Below, one piece after another: positions 1-11,815 of a stretch of DNA of 64,000 bases (the first letter of the stretch is position 1; the number at the start of each line of letters is the position of its first letter). This DNA comes from Ramazzottius varieornatus (taxonomy: Eukaryota > Animalia > Tardigrada), in the NCBI GenBank assembly GCA_001949185.1, contig BDGG01000001.1:4949624-5013623 (forward strand). Direction: 5' to 3'. Made by a program: the position numbers and the translations under genes. The notes below the pieces were generated by a model, which ran no database searches, had not been told where the DNA came from, and saw only the letters and a program-made list of their open reading frames with translations.

Positions 1-274
1 TCTTGGGCGCTGCGCCCATGATGCGCTCTTCCAGGACAGACGATGTCTCCGCTGACGTGCCTGCAACGATTATTTTGCTCTAAGCTCATTGTAGATCACC
101 TACAGTTACAGATTGGTATTCAGACGTACTTTTGGCAGCCAGGAGCGACGATGTGGTGGAAAGGGAGCGAGCGCTGAAGGCCGAAGTTGCCGCACATCGT
201 GGCGCGATCTTGGTCGCCTTGCTGGCCAACTGCCTCGCCAACTGTCCTGAGATACGCACAGATGAAGCAGCCAT
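1..274 (-). CDS. ATP5F1A: Mitochondrial ATP synthase F1 subunit alpha, 5' part (exons 274-130 and 60-<1; continues off the window)
   Basis: Exon 1 encodes an Arg/Ser/Ala-rich transit peptide. Removing a GT-AG intron (129-61) gives ...AAK-STSAETSSVLEERIMGAAPK, matching the conserved mature N-terminus of F1-alpha (AExSxILEERILG). Confidence 0.9.
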
Positions 275-1170
275 CTTGCTTGTGTTGGGATGCGGAAGAT
301 GGAGGATGACTATACAGATCGGAGTAAAAGAGGAGGCTTCGGAAGATGGGCAAAGAAGCTGGAACTGCGTGTGTCTTTTCGCCGTGATCGCCCTGCAAAG
401 ATCTTACCGTATTCTGCTGAATGTAGGACCGGGCCACGTGGTATTTGTCCTTCTGTTCAGTAGGCGTTTAGGCACGTGGTACGGTGTGTAGGCAGCTAGA
501 TACTAAAGAACGTGGACAGAACGCAAGGAGCGATTTGGAACGCCCACATAGCCACTGATGGCAGGCTGAAAGGTGCCACAAACTCACGATCAAATTTCTT
601 GATTGAACAGTTCAACAATCAATCGTCCGCACTGGAAGTGGCGGGGGTTTCGAAGGGTTACCAAAACCAGTAAAAATTCAATCTGTATTCAACGACTTGC
701 TGGACCTCTAGCTTGTAAGGAACTCAGCGTCTTTTGACAGCTTCGTTTTGTTCTCTGTTCTTTAGTTTTCTCGAAAAGCTTCGAGACCTTGCCTCTTATA
801 CTCGAACTCTTTCATTTGTGTGGCCAATTTTCATTCTTCGACCTGCAACTGGTTAAGCGCTCATCCGCGCGTTTGCAGTCTTTGGCGGTCTCACCATCTT
901 CCGGGTATTCGGTATCGCAATGCGGAACAGATACGGTACATTACTTTGTGGAATCTGCAACCTCCGAACCTACAGATTTATTGCAAAGTCGATGCTGAAG
1001 GCAAAATGCGCAGTTTTCAAGCAGGCTCGACGGCGCAGCTCAATCAGCATTTTATTGTATTTCAGGCGAAGGCGATTTGAATTGGCACAGTAACGTCACT
1101 ACATCTCGAAATGGGTCGGCTCACGCCCATTTCCATCATTTCTAGGATGGCGATGGGGCATAGGACCAAC

Positions 1171-1658
1171 TTATCCGATGGCACTTCCGTGGCCCATGGC
1201 ATTTCCGGTCGAGTCCTGCCATGCCATGTTGTTGGTAATGGCTTTACCTTGTCCATGTGGACTCGCTACACGTGTATTGGCATCTCCTCCGCCGAAGACT
1301 CCACGACGGTTGGCACCTGCCGGTCGAACCCAGTCCACGTAAGTGTTAAGTCAAGTTTGATTCCCCAAAACTCCTGACTTACCTCCAACCGAGCTTCCGA
1401 ATGCTTTACCGTTTCCAATAGTATTCGAACTACCAATGGAGTTGGACTGCTTGATACCTGGAGCGCTCATACCGAATCCCATACTGACAGTGTCGGCGAA
1501 ATTGACGGGGTTCCTCAGGTTATGCGGATCATGAGCCACCGACATGGAAATTCCTCCACCTTGTGCTGTACTGTTTGCCGCCGTAGTCGGACTGATGTAC
1601 TTCGACAGATGGTAATGCAAACAGTTAAAACCAGGAGAGTAGATTTCAGGTTTTCCAT
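1171..1658 (-). pseudogene. Secreted Gly/Asn/Ser-rich protein, paralog of 5811-6338, frameshifted (pseudogene or assembly error)
   Basis: ATG 1658 gives MENLKSTLLVLTVCITICRSTSVRLRRQ. The homologous GGGISMSVAHDP...GNGKAFGSSVG lies in a different frame from ~1560. A phase-1 intron (1382-1317) sits at the same place as in the paralog; exon 2 reads GANRRGVFGGGDANT...GHGSAIG*. Confidence 0.75.
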
Positions 1659-1930
1659 TGCTAATTGTATCTTCTAGGAGAGGTAAACCAAGTAGGATGT
1701 CTGGACTTTTTGACGAAGAAACAAAACTACGGTACGGGCAATGAACGGATTCGAAGACTGGTGGTATAGAATATTGCTGATAAAGTACTGGTAACGTGCT
1801 GACTTCACTAGTTTTGGTCATCGAGAGCTATTTTGCCGGAAGATATTGGGTTCGTTCGATGGCAGTGCATGCACGATATGTCCTTGGGCTATACTCGGAG
1901 TCTGCGGAGACTCGAGTTAATATAGTGTTC

Positions 1931-2184
1931 AAGTTGCCACTCCCGTTCACTTTGCAACTGTAGCTACGGCCTTGCTCCGCCCCTTTCGCGACGTGTAACT
2001 ACATTTTGCTTTCCGGAGCTCCCCTTATTTTCGAAAAATAGCGTAATCGGAGTTACGGTTGGCTAGCAATTGGGAAGCATGGTGGCTGCCTAACTATTCA
2101 AAGTTCTGATCAGCTGCTGCGCTTATGAGTGACGTTGCAACTCATCTTAGCTACAGTGGGACTTTCATCTGGCAGTGGCAACTT
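1931..2184. mobile_element. Possible degenerate MITE (~250 bp)
   Basis: Imperfect inverted ends aagttgccact...actgtagcta (1931-1965) versus tagctacagt...agtggcaactt (2149-2184); no ORF; no clear TSD. Confidence 0.4.
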
Positions 2185-3232
2185 AATGTGTGTAATATCC
2201 ACGTGCAGTATCAGCAGTGATCTCCCAAAATCGCAAAAGAAATCGTTAGGCGTGTGCTAGTTTCATCGCCAATTTAATGCAAAATCATTGATCATCGTTT
2301 CGAGCCTGTGGTGGCTTCCGCACCGGCGCCGGTCGAAAGGAATGAAATACCGGAAGTGCACCGCGCCACCTGTAAGAGCACCCTGCGCCAGAGCAATTCT
2401 TTTGGAGCGCCTTTCTGCTTTATGGCGGCTTTTTTCCATTTTTCTAGAACAGCCTACTTTTGTGTCGCGGAGACGGAAAACATTGCACCACCGAGGCAAA
2501 ACAGTTGGAAACCCGGCAAACGGTTTGCAGATAGGCGCACAGGTAATTACAAGACCAAATTGACTTGAGCTCGGGTGGAGCCCAGATAGTATGTTAATAC
2601 AGTGAATATCGTAAGCGGTCATGGTGTTTTTGACGAGGTTGCCGGTTTCTATTCGATTGTCGATGAAGTTGCCTGATCACTCGATCGGATTACCGACAGA
2701 TTAGCAGCTCACCCAGCAAGCAGCCTCCACTTGTTCAGTGCCCGGCAAACAATCCCATTTTGTTGTACACGCTTGGCTTGCTGACGAAGCTGGTGAGAGC
2801 CGTAATCATTACTGAATGCCGTGTGGGTACCTTCTATCGACAATCCTTTTGCTGACGGCTGAGAGCAGCAAGAGAGACTACGGCAGCATTGCACACCTGT
2901 TGCAACAACCCATCCACTTATCATAATGACAAGGACACCTACCGCACACAGTCGAGAACTTTGATCCACACTGCTCATATTTGGTGCATGCTTGCTAGAG
3001 TCTGCAGCCTTATCGCTTTATCGTCAAGGTTTATACATTTATTGATATCCCTAATCACCGAAAGGGCAGCCATGTAACAAAGGCGCAACTCGAAACATCC
3101 GGTCCGCTGTATGGAGGACTCCTTCAAGATTATTCCATGTAATGGTGGAATTTGATTTCGAAGACTTTTCATCCTTGTTCTCATCCGGAATTGTGGATGA
3201 GGAAATCGTACGTCAAGAAATAATTTCTCAAA

Positions 3233-5065
3233 ATGAGCTCGAAGGCGGAATGGCACGAGAGGTTTCACCAAGCAGCGAAAGATGGTAATATGGAACTGCT
3301 GAGTAAAGCTAACCGGAAGGATGCCAATCTAAGAGATGAAGACGGTATGACACCAACGTTATGGGCCGCGTACTACGGAAACCTGGCTGCCTTACGGAAG
3401 GTGATCGAAAGAGGGTAAGTTTACACTCGTCTATTACAATAAACCCCACCAGATAATCAACGACGTTTGGTGCCACGGAAAATTCCAGAACTCAATCAGA
3501 TAATACTGACTTTCAAACTTCGTTCTGAAACCGAGGTTTTTTCAAAGCTCAGAGAAACCTGGCTTAAGCTTCAGCCGGTTAACATGCAATGCCTGCTGGC
3601 ACAGCGCCCTCTCTTGCACGCTGCATTCGAGTACTTTGACCGGTGAGCGACAGTCTATTCACTGTGACTGCGTTCAGTGGTTCTCAAAACATTGTAACAA
3701 TAAAATATTTACATTCGCTAATGAGTTTGCTCGACCTTATTGAACTGCTTTGTCCTTCAGTTCTTCTCAGGACCCATAGATTTATTTGTTATCTGTCTCT
3801 CGATACAATGGCTCTCTCAGAACGACAATGACAACTAGGCTAGTCAAGCTGAGTACACGTAGGTGTACAGAACTTGCTTTTGATCGGTGCTCTGATTGAT
3901 TGCAGTGGGAACCCAGACAAATGCGACCATCTGGGAAACACGGCTCTACACTGCGCGGCATCTCGCGGCCACTTCAACTGCGTATCGTATTTGATCAACT
4001 TTGGCTGCAACCTGTGGGCAATGGACAACAGCCACCGGTCCGCCATGGATCTGGCCAGCTTGCATGATCGACAGGATATTGTGAAGCTCCTCGATCAAGC
4101 ACGCGCCAACGAACGGCACAAAAACGCCAAAAATGCAAGGAAACTACAGGAAGCTGCCGTTCTAGACGCCGATGCTCGCATTAAAGAATTCGAGAAACGG
4201 CAGAGAAAACTTCACGATAAGATGCGAACCGGTTCTTCCAGCAATTACATGTCCCAGTCTGCACCAGCACCTCGTACAGGTAACTAAAACCTATCGACCA
4301 GCTCTATTTTTGTCCTGTTATTATGGGTGAATGACGCAACCTATCTGTTTTCCAACAGAGCCATCAACTTCAACGAGTGCTTCCGGCAAAACTGACCCAG
4401 TTTTTGCGCCACAAGTTCCGCCACGACCGGTCCTCTCCTCGACAGGTGGGCAAGCTCTGCTGCTACCAAGAGCTCAAAGTGCCACTCGGAAGACTCATCC
4501 AAGTGGGTGGCGACCCGATGACGCCATTAGTCTGGCGCCCTCCGACATGACGTTCCGTAGCGATTCGGGCTACGGGGACGACGACATACATTCACCCGGA
4601 CAGTTCCCTATCCGAAGCGGTCTGCCCGGTTTCACAAGGGCGTTCCTCCCAAAGATGCAACCACTACAAGCCGAGAACTTGTATTCATTATCTATGGACG
4701 GGACCACAAGACGCGTACTTTCTCAGGACCTCACGGAAGAGGACGATAGGTATCCAGGTCCTTCGAGCTCGTCGCGACAAGCGGCTTCCGGATGGCGACA
4801 GTACGACTTGACTGATGAAGAAAGCGAAGAAGAAGGCAACGACCAAGATTTGAAAATGTTCCTAACTGGTAACGGACTAGGGAAACTGTATCCGTTGTTT
4901 CAGAAGAAAGAGATTGACGACGTACAGACCTTGCTTTTGTTGTCCGAAACGGATTTGGAGAAAGTGGGGATAGAACTGGGTTCGAGGAAGAGACTAATGC
5001 AGGCTGTATTGAGATACCGAGTTGATTTGGATACAGTGGCGGAGATTACGGATTCCAGACTTTAG
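3233..5065 (+). CDS. USH1G: Ankyrin repeat and SAM domain scaffold, SANS/USH1G-ANKS4B family (exons 3233-3414, 3906-4279, 4359-5065)
   Basis: N-terminal ankyrin repeats (DEDGMTPTLWAAYYGN, GGNPDKCDHLGNTALHCAA), central region, C-terminal SAM domain (LGSRKRL) and class I PDZ-binding end DSRL*. Intron phases are compatible. Confidence 0.88.
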
Positions 5066-5810
5066 CCTAATCCGACAAGCCTACCTGATTGCAATGTACG
5101 GTTTCCTGCTGTTTTGATTGTTGATCGTACGTAAACCTCAAAGAGAAAGATTGAACATTGCATACATTACGCTTTGTCATAACCTTGTTCCGTTGTGACG
5201 GGTCCGACACACCCGGAACTGGTGGTAGAAATGATGTTAGGTACAGTAGGGTGGAAATACCCGACCACATCAATTGCGTCACCGTTGATTCAGGGTACAG
5301 TAGCTAACTTACTGTAGTAAGAAGGGCTTACTTATGACGTTGTTTTTGATGTGACGTTGGTACTTGCTTGAATCAAAATTTCTACGTGCGTCTACTTCCG
5401 TTTTGGGATATTCACGTACGAATCACTCTACGTAGTATTAATACATACTACCAAAAAGTAATATTAGTGAGGCAGGCAGCATGCTAAAAAACTTGCTGTG
5501 ATGGTACGATCGAAATACCTACATGAGGAACGTGACGCTGCCGGGCTTTTCTCTGAAAAGAACCGAACTTAATTTCCTGTCGGGCAAGAAAGTAATAGCT
5601 ATTCTTGTCGGCAAAACAGTAAGCAGCATAAATTATCTCACCTTCTTAATTCGAATGTACATAAAGAACTGCGGTAGTCGCAGGTTTTAGTCATTTTTTG
5701 TTTTCAAAATTCGTGGTTTTTGGACTGTCGTTTTGCCTCACGTGCTGCGACTTAGGTACGCTCTGTTGTTTTTCGGTTCCATCGATAGGCAAGCATTTTT
5801 CTTCGCGAAG

Positions 5811-6338
5811 ATGTCCACATCATTGTCGATTGTACTGTGCATGGCCTTAAGCATATCCTGCTGTTATGGAGCCAGTCTGACGCGAGTTCGCCGACAGAAT
5901 ATGGGATACGGAGGAGGTGTTTCCATGTCGGTCGCACTAGACCCGTACAACACAGTAAATCCGATCAACTATGCCAGCAACGTCCAGTACGGATACGGAG
6001 TTGAGGCACCAGGAGTAAAACAGTCCAATGCACTTGGGTGGTCTAACTCCTTGGGTAATGGAAAAGCCATTGGAAACTCTTTTGGTGGTAAGTGACGCAA
6101 AGAAGTGGACACACCAGAAAGCGCGTACCGCTCGCGGTGGCATTCCATCAGATTCATCTTGATTTTAGGAGCAAATGACAATTTCGCTTTTGGAGGAGGA
6201 AACGCCAACACGATCGTCGCTGGGTCGCCGGGCTGGGGCACCGCCCAAACCAATAATATGGGTTTCTCTGGATCGAGCGGTAACGGGTTCGGCCGTGGTG
6301 GCGCCTCTGGCATGGTGGTTCCTTTCGGAGGACGATAA
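5811..6338 (+). CDS. Small secreted Gly/Asn/Ser-rich protein with RVRR|Q processing site (exons 5811-6087, 6169-6338)
   Basis: Signal peptide MSTSLSIVLCMALSISCCYG, furin-type RVRR, Cys-free Gly-rich mature region; GT-AG phase-1 intron; clear paralog at 1171-1658. Confidence 0.85.
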
Positions 6339-6873
6339 TGAACTTTTCCGTTGGGTTCTTTCTGTTCTTTCCTACGTGTATGCGATACGATTGAAAACTT
6401 CTCATACTGTTGGTATACCTATCGCAAACTGCAATTGTTAAAGATGAGTAAACCTCTGTCTATTGTTTACTTTAAAGTGCCGATCAGTTGGTTCGGGCAA
6501 TCAAGAAGTGTCTCGCTTGATTTACGGTCACCTCATGCGTATTTTGATTGCCCGAACCAAATGATCAGGACTTTAACGTACACAATCTTGTTTCGGGTGA
6601 ACTAAATAGAATGCGCTCGTAGTTTTTCCAACACTCATCATCTGCTGCCTTCTGAAAATTAAAGAACGTTATTCTTAAAAGTAAAACTACAGAAAAGGAA
6701 TTTTACAAGAAGACGTTTGGCCCGCGATGGAACGAATGGTGTAAGACGGGCTTAACAAAAACTGGCTGTGAATCAAATAACAAAGGATTCGCCATGCCGT
6801 ACTGTAAAACCGACAGAAGATTAATCAAATTGGCAGGCAAAACATTGGGCCGCTTCTACACACAAATTTCAGT

Positions 6874-8650
6874 CTAAATTCCCCAGGTCTGCAAATTTCC
6901 CATTCCGAGTTCTTCCGGTAAACTGACGTCCGTGGCTGAGGAATGTCTGGCTATCACCGGTGCTACGAAGAAACCAGCCTTTAGATTCACCATATACCCA
7001 GTGGGTATAACTGAGTACCAACCAATATGCGTGGCACGGTCGGCCACAATGCTGATTTCCGTGTCGCGGACCGAACGTACTTCGAAGACGTAGAGGCCAG
7101 CTCGTTTGATCCGAATATCGGCGAAAGTCGCCACCGACGGCCTCTTGGGTCCTTGGGACCTCAGCGGGACGATAAGTTGTCCCGTGACCTGCGCTTGCCC
7201 CTCGCCGTTCGTATGGACTACCAGCTCCAGGTCTTCTGTCGCTTCCGGCTCCGAATAAACAGCTATAGGCGGCAGTTCGACGTCCTCGTCAGAGTGGGAC
7301 ACGGGACAGGTAAGCCAGCTTAACGACTTTATTTTCACATCTGCAACAAATTTCGAGAACCTTTTGAGCCGGCAGCGTTGTACTTCGGGCCTACTGCTTA
7401 CACAAGCGCTTTGTCTAAACTGTGCACAGGTAAGCCAGGGAGAATCTCACGCGCTTCAGATGCACTGACGAGTCTCCCATGGTTTACTGCACACAAGCTT
7501 ATCAAGAAGCACAATTGGCGATCAGAAAGTTGTCAGTGTAACGGTGTTTGTACCAATGTGTAACTTGGCGGACACTTGGCGGTAATGTTAAGGTTGGTGG
7601 TACCTGAAGGAGTTCTGAAGGCTGGTTTCAGGTCCGTCAGTTCAGTTTCAATCACGGGAAATCGGAGGGGGTTTATTGCCTGTGAATCGTTATTGTTGGT
7701 TAGGTATTTGGCAACAGACTGGATATCGTCACGCGCAGGCTTGTCCGTCGAATCCGACCATCCTGTTTCGTCCTCCAGGTGAGTTTTCGGCAGCAACGAC
7801 TATACACAACGATAAAATTTAACTGACGGCAGTGCACGAGCAATCAGACGACTCAATGTTCGCAGGCATCGTGACTGGCGGAAAAACTGGACCACTGTAA
7901 TGGTTTATATGTACAACTTATCGCTTACCTGGGTCGTTTCCGCAAAGTCTGCATCTTGAGGCGTTACCCTTTCTGACGTTCCTGTGGAGAATATAGAGTT
8001 TGAGAACATGGTACCTTCAAACTTCTGATGATAAGGATGAGCACAAACTGTAGAAAATGATCCATCAAGACAGTGCAGGACTGCAGGTTTGGTCAGCTGA
8101 TCCGTACAGTACGCGTACACGTGTGCGTATTGAGCAACTTGAGGCTGCGCCACTTTTAGCGTGCTAGTCAAATTCAACCGGGGTATACCCCGATAACAAA
8201 AGTTGTACCCATGGGTCGAATTTCCTGCATTTTGCAATTACACTGGGAACCGCTGCCGTTGACTACATGATTAGGTAAACAACAATTTGGACGCGAATTA
8301 TCGCATTTAGCGTCAGGCGGTTCGTCACATGTTGCCAGCGGTATCTGCGACAATATTGAACCATTGCAATGGTTCAATATTGCACTTCCGTATGAATTTT
8401 AATTGATAAACTGGTAAGTTCCCACGGTAAATCTATGCAAACATCGTGTGTCACTCGACAACTCCGGCAGTCCAAATTGGTACGCCATGTTTCTCTCAAC
8501 GGCAAATGTTTGCACGGTGTCATAAATCCACGACGCAATCTGCAGTGCAATTCCGTGGCTGTGGTGTACACTGGATCGCGTACAAGGAGCTGAGTTTCTG
8601 GTACGGTAGTCGAGAACCAGGAGGTTCGTGATCGACAGCACCGCGCAAGA
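6874..8650 (-). CDS. Unknown multi-exon protein-coding gene (exon structure and 5' end unresolved)
   Basis: Co-directional protein-like ORF segments (8641-8420, ~8170-7928, 7796-7550, 7340-6874) bounded by plausible splice sites (cag|gtaagc near 7928; ttgcag| near 7340). No family recognised and the middle exons could not be phased. Confidence 0.4.
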
Positions 8651-9262
8651 AGCATATATGCATCAGTTAAACGAGCAAACAGACATTGAATTATAGAGCA
8701 AGGAACATCCAGGGTGCGCTGATGGGGTGATAGGAGGAAAGAGCTCGGAGCGGCAGATCGGATATCCAGCTGCGGAGACAGGAGCCGACGGTGACTGGCT
8801 GTAAACCTGCGCTGTAGGATGCATCCTTTCTCCCTATTGAGCCAGGTCAGGATATTGATAGATGTATAGCGGATACGCGCCCACTTTTTTCTTCCTTGTC
8901 TGCTCTATCCGAACGCGATCGTTAGATTCCAGTGCTTCATGCAGACATGTCCATAAACATATGTTCGCTCAATATAACTCCTAATTTCCTTCGCAGATAC
9001 AGTTTGGTAACAGTACGTAAAGTGTCGCTCTAGAACTCGCTGCTTACGATATGCTCGGTTGAGTTTGGGGCATGATGAATTTATAGCTGCAAGTCGGAAG
9101 TTCTCATGTGGGCCATAACAGTATCCGCCCTGATTCTCTGTGACTATTATTGATACTTAACTTGTCACGCTGATGGTTTTCTGCTCGGAGATATTGCCCA
9201 ACGTAAAAATATCGAGTGTCGGAAGTGTTCGAGATTATGGCCGTACAACGATCATCGATATC

Positions 9263-11098
9263 ATGAGCGCGGGTTTTTCTGTTGGAATTTGCAGGATATT
9301 GTTACTGTTCTACCTGTTTGCACATCTGCCCAGTGAGTACCAATTTAATGTCCCACTGAGAACGTTAATCTCAAGTTTGAATACTTTTTCTGAAAGTCAG
9401 AACGCATACCATTCTGTTCAAGAAATGAAATTCTACCAGACTCAGGCAGATATTACTGTAATAAATTCAGCCGGGTCGTTCTTCAGGTGGCGCACGCTTT
9501 TACCCAGAAACAATGAATACGCGCGCTACTTGAGATAACAAGCTGGGTGAAATCACGCATCGCTCGAGCTTCGAAGTTTCGATCAAGCCTTCAATTTTGC
9601 TTCGTTGTCAAAACTAATCCTCCTTTATTCCAGATGACGTCGATGGGAAAAGTATTACGCCTCACCGATCAAAAGAAGCTGTTTTCACCAAATCGCACCC
9701 GGCAGCGAGATCTGTATCCAGCAATGAGTTCGACGAAGATCCGGAGGACTTCAGCGAGGACAACGCGGCAGCTTCAGACGATAACCTCTTCAGCACGACC
9801 TGGAATCCGACGACGGCGAAAGAAAACCTTTCAACCACCTTCGATACGTCAGCCGCCAGCTTCTCACCCTCTACACCGCGCCCAAGACTTCATTACCAGC
9901 CAGGTATTTCGTTTTTGCTGTGTGAAGCATTGCGATGTTAACATAAAGGCTTAACGAGGCATCTTTGTCGAAGCGGCCTCTGTCGAAACCAGGCATCTGC
10001 TAGTTGAATTGGCCTTAATTCCGACCGGAAATCGATTGGGTTTGTAATGGTATCAAAAGCAGCTTGAGTTATCTGCCATTCGGGTCGGATAGTGAGTGCA
10101 CTTTACTTGCTGCTTGTACAATATAAAGCGTCTCGAGTATGGGAAACAAATCAATTGGATGCTCTTCCGTTATTCAACGAAATTTACATTGGAGGGAGGA
10201 AAAGTTGAACAAGCAAGTTTGATTTTGATGGAAACCTCAGTGGCAGTCTCGTTACATATTTATAAGATGTGGTCGCGCTCTGACACTTGGGAGATGAGGC
10301 TGGTTTTACCCCTTCGAGTTTGGTTTGATGTAAGACATCCTCAAATGATCTAACCCCGATCGGCTTCTCAAGCGGCGCAGAATCTCTGCGGAAAACTATG
10401 GAAACGTGCGTCACCTGGCACAACGATCGGGGTGGAATCATTTGCCGACGTCGCGTATCATGAACAAGGAAAGATCGGAATAGACGAAAGTAACGATAGC
10501 GTCGGGTTACAACATGCCGCGCACTTTATTGATTTCGATTCAATTGACGACGTGGACTGTCATGGATGAGTGCGGAAGTACATATGAGGTTTAAGCACGA
10601 ACATGCGGTGGAGCCTCAATGAACAGAAAGGGAAAAGAGGGATAAAAAGGAAAATCGGCGAAAGGAAGGGAGAACTGGCAGTTAGCGCCTTTCGCTTCCG
10701 CCTTTGTTGACAAGTGTCAAGGCGAAAGGAGTTAAGGCATCAACCAAGATTGATGACTGAAGCCGTATACATTGTATGGCATTAACATTCTCCTCGACGA
10801 CAGAATACCAAGACTCCCTCGAGAAAAGATTTCCTATAGTCTGTAGTTAATTGCGCTCTGTCATTTTTTGCTTTTGTGTCATCTCATGCAGAGACATTTC
10901 GTATGGAATTCATTCGTATCATGCTGTGGGGAAATCTCGACTTTGTGATAATGGATTTTTTATTTTCTAGTGGTGCTGACGGAACTAAACTGGGAGATTA
11001 TAGTCGCTGTGATATTTGGCTCGATGGCCGGAAGCATGCTGCTGACTTTCATCGTTTATTGCATGTGTGGACGCCCGGAAGAAGGCCACCTGATCTGA
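9263..11098 (+). CDS. Small type I single-pass membrane glycoprotein, 155 aa (exons 9263-9332, 9634-9903, 10971-11098)
   Basis: Exon 1 is a signal peptide; exon 2 an acidic Ser/Thr-rich ectodomain (DEDPEDFSEDNAAASDD); exon 3 a TM helix (IIVAVIFGSMAGSMLLTFIVYCMC) plus short tail GRPEEGHLI*. Both introns are GT-AG phase 1 and the frame closes exactly. Confidence 0.75.
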
Positions 11099-11815
11099 AG
11101 GACCGCGTGTTGCACGCAGGTTCCAAGAACCATCGTTCGCCCAACTACTCCGATTGTGATAAATCTATATATATATATATACAAATGTGTTTGCATTGAT
11201 ATTTATGCGTAGTCCAGTAGTTGTCCAGAATTGTTAGTAATATTACACAGTACCTTTGATCTATGTTGAGGGACCCTGTTCAAGAAAAGCAATCACGGCA
11301 CTGGCTGGTGCTTGGGATCTGTAAACAAATCAAGCTTAGAGGGTTAGCTTCTCAAAGTCCTTGGCCTGCGCTAGAAAAAACGGAACAAGAGTGAGCAGTC
11401 AAAGTCTGTAACATGCACCGCCCCACGGTCAAGCGCTAAATTATTAGTCGCCCTCGCCAGAGTTACTGTATACGTACTGTCCCATTCCCGCGTACTTCCG
11501 GCGTTGCTTCCGGTTTCGGCTCTACTTGTTGCCTACGAACAGTGCACCCAGGTAGGCGGGCCGATACTCTTGTTCCTGTCACCTGATACTGCCTTTGTTT
11601 CTTCTGTCTAAGGGTGCCACCTGTGTCGTTACCCGCATATACCAATGGCCTGGGCAGCAGTGGATATCAATTGATCGCTCCATGTCCTTTCTTTCCGTGC
11701 ATTCCGTTTCCTGCAGTTATTCACGATGCATATCTCGTCATCGCGAATGCTTCTTTTTGGAGAAATGCCCATCTGATCTTTCGAGCCCATGCTGCGGTAC
11801 AGTTGACGGCAGATT

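Noticed and set aside
2540-2978. Minus-strand ORF with signal-peptide-like start and a splice donor near 2713
   Set aside because: Could be a small secreted gene, but no consistent spliced product or family could be built.
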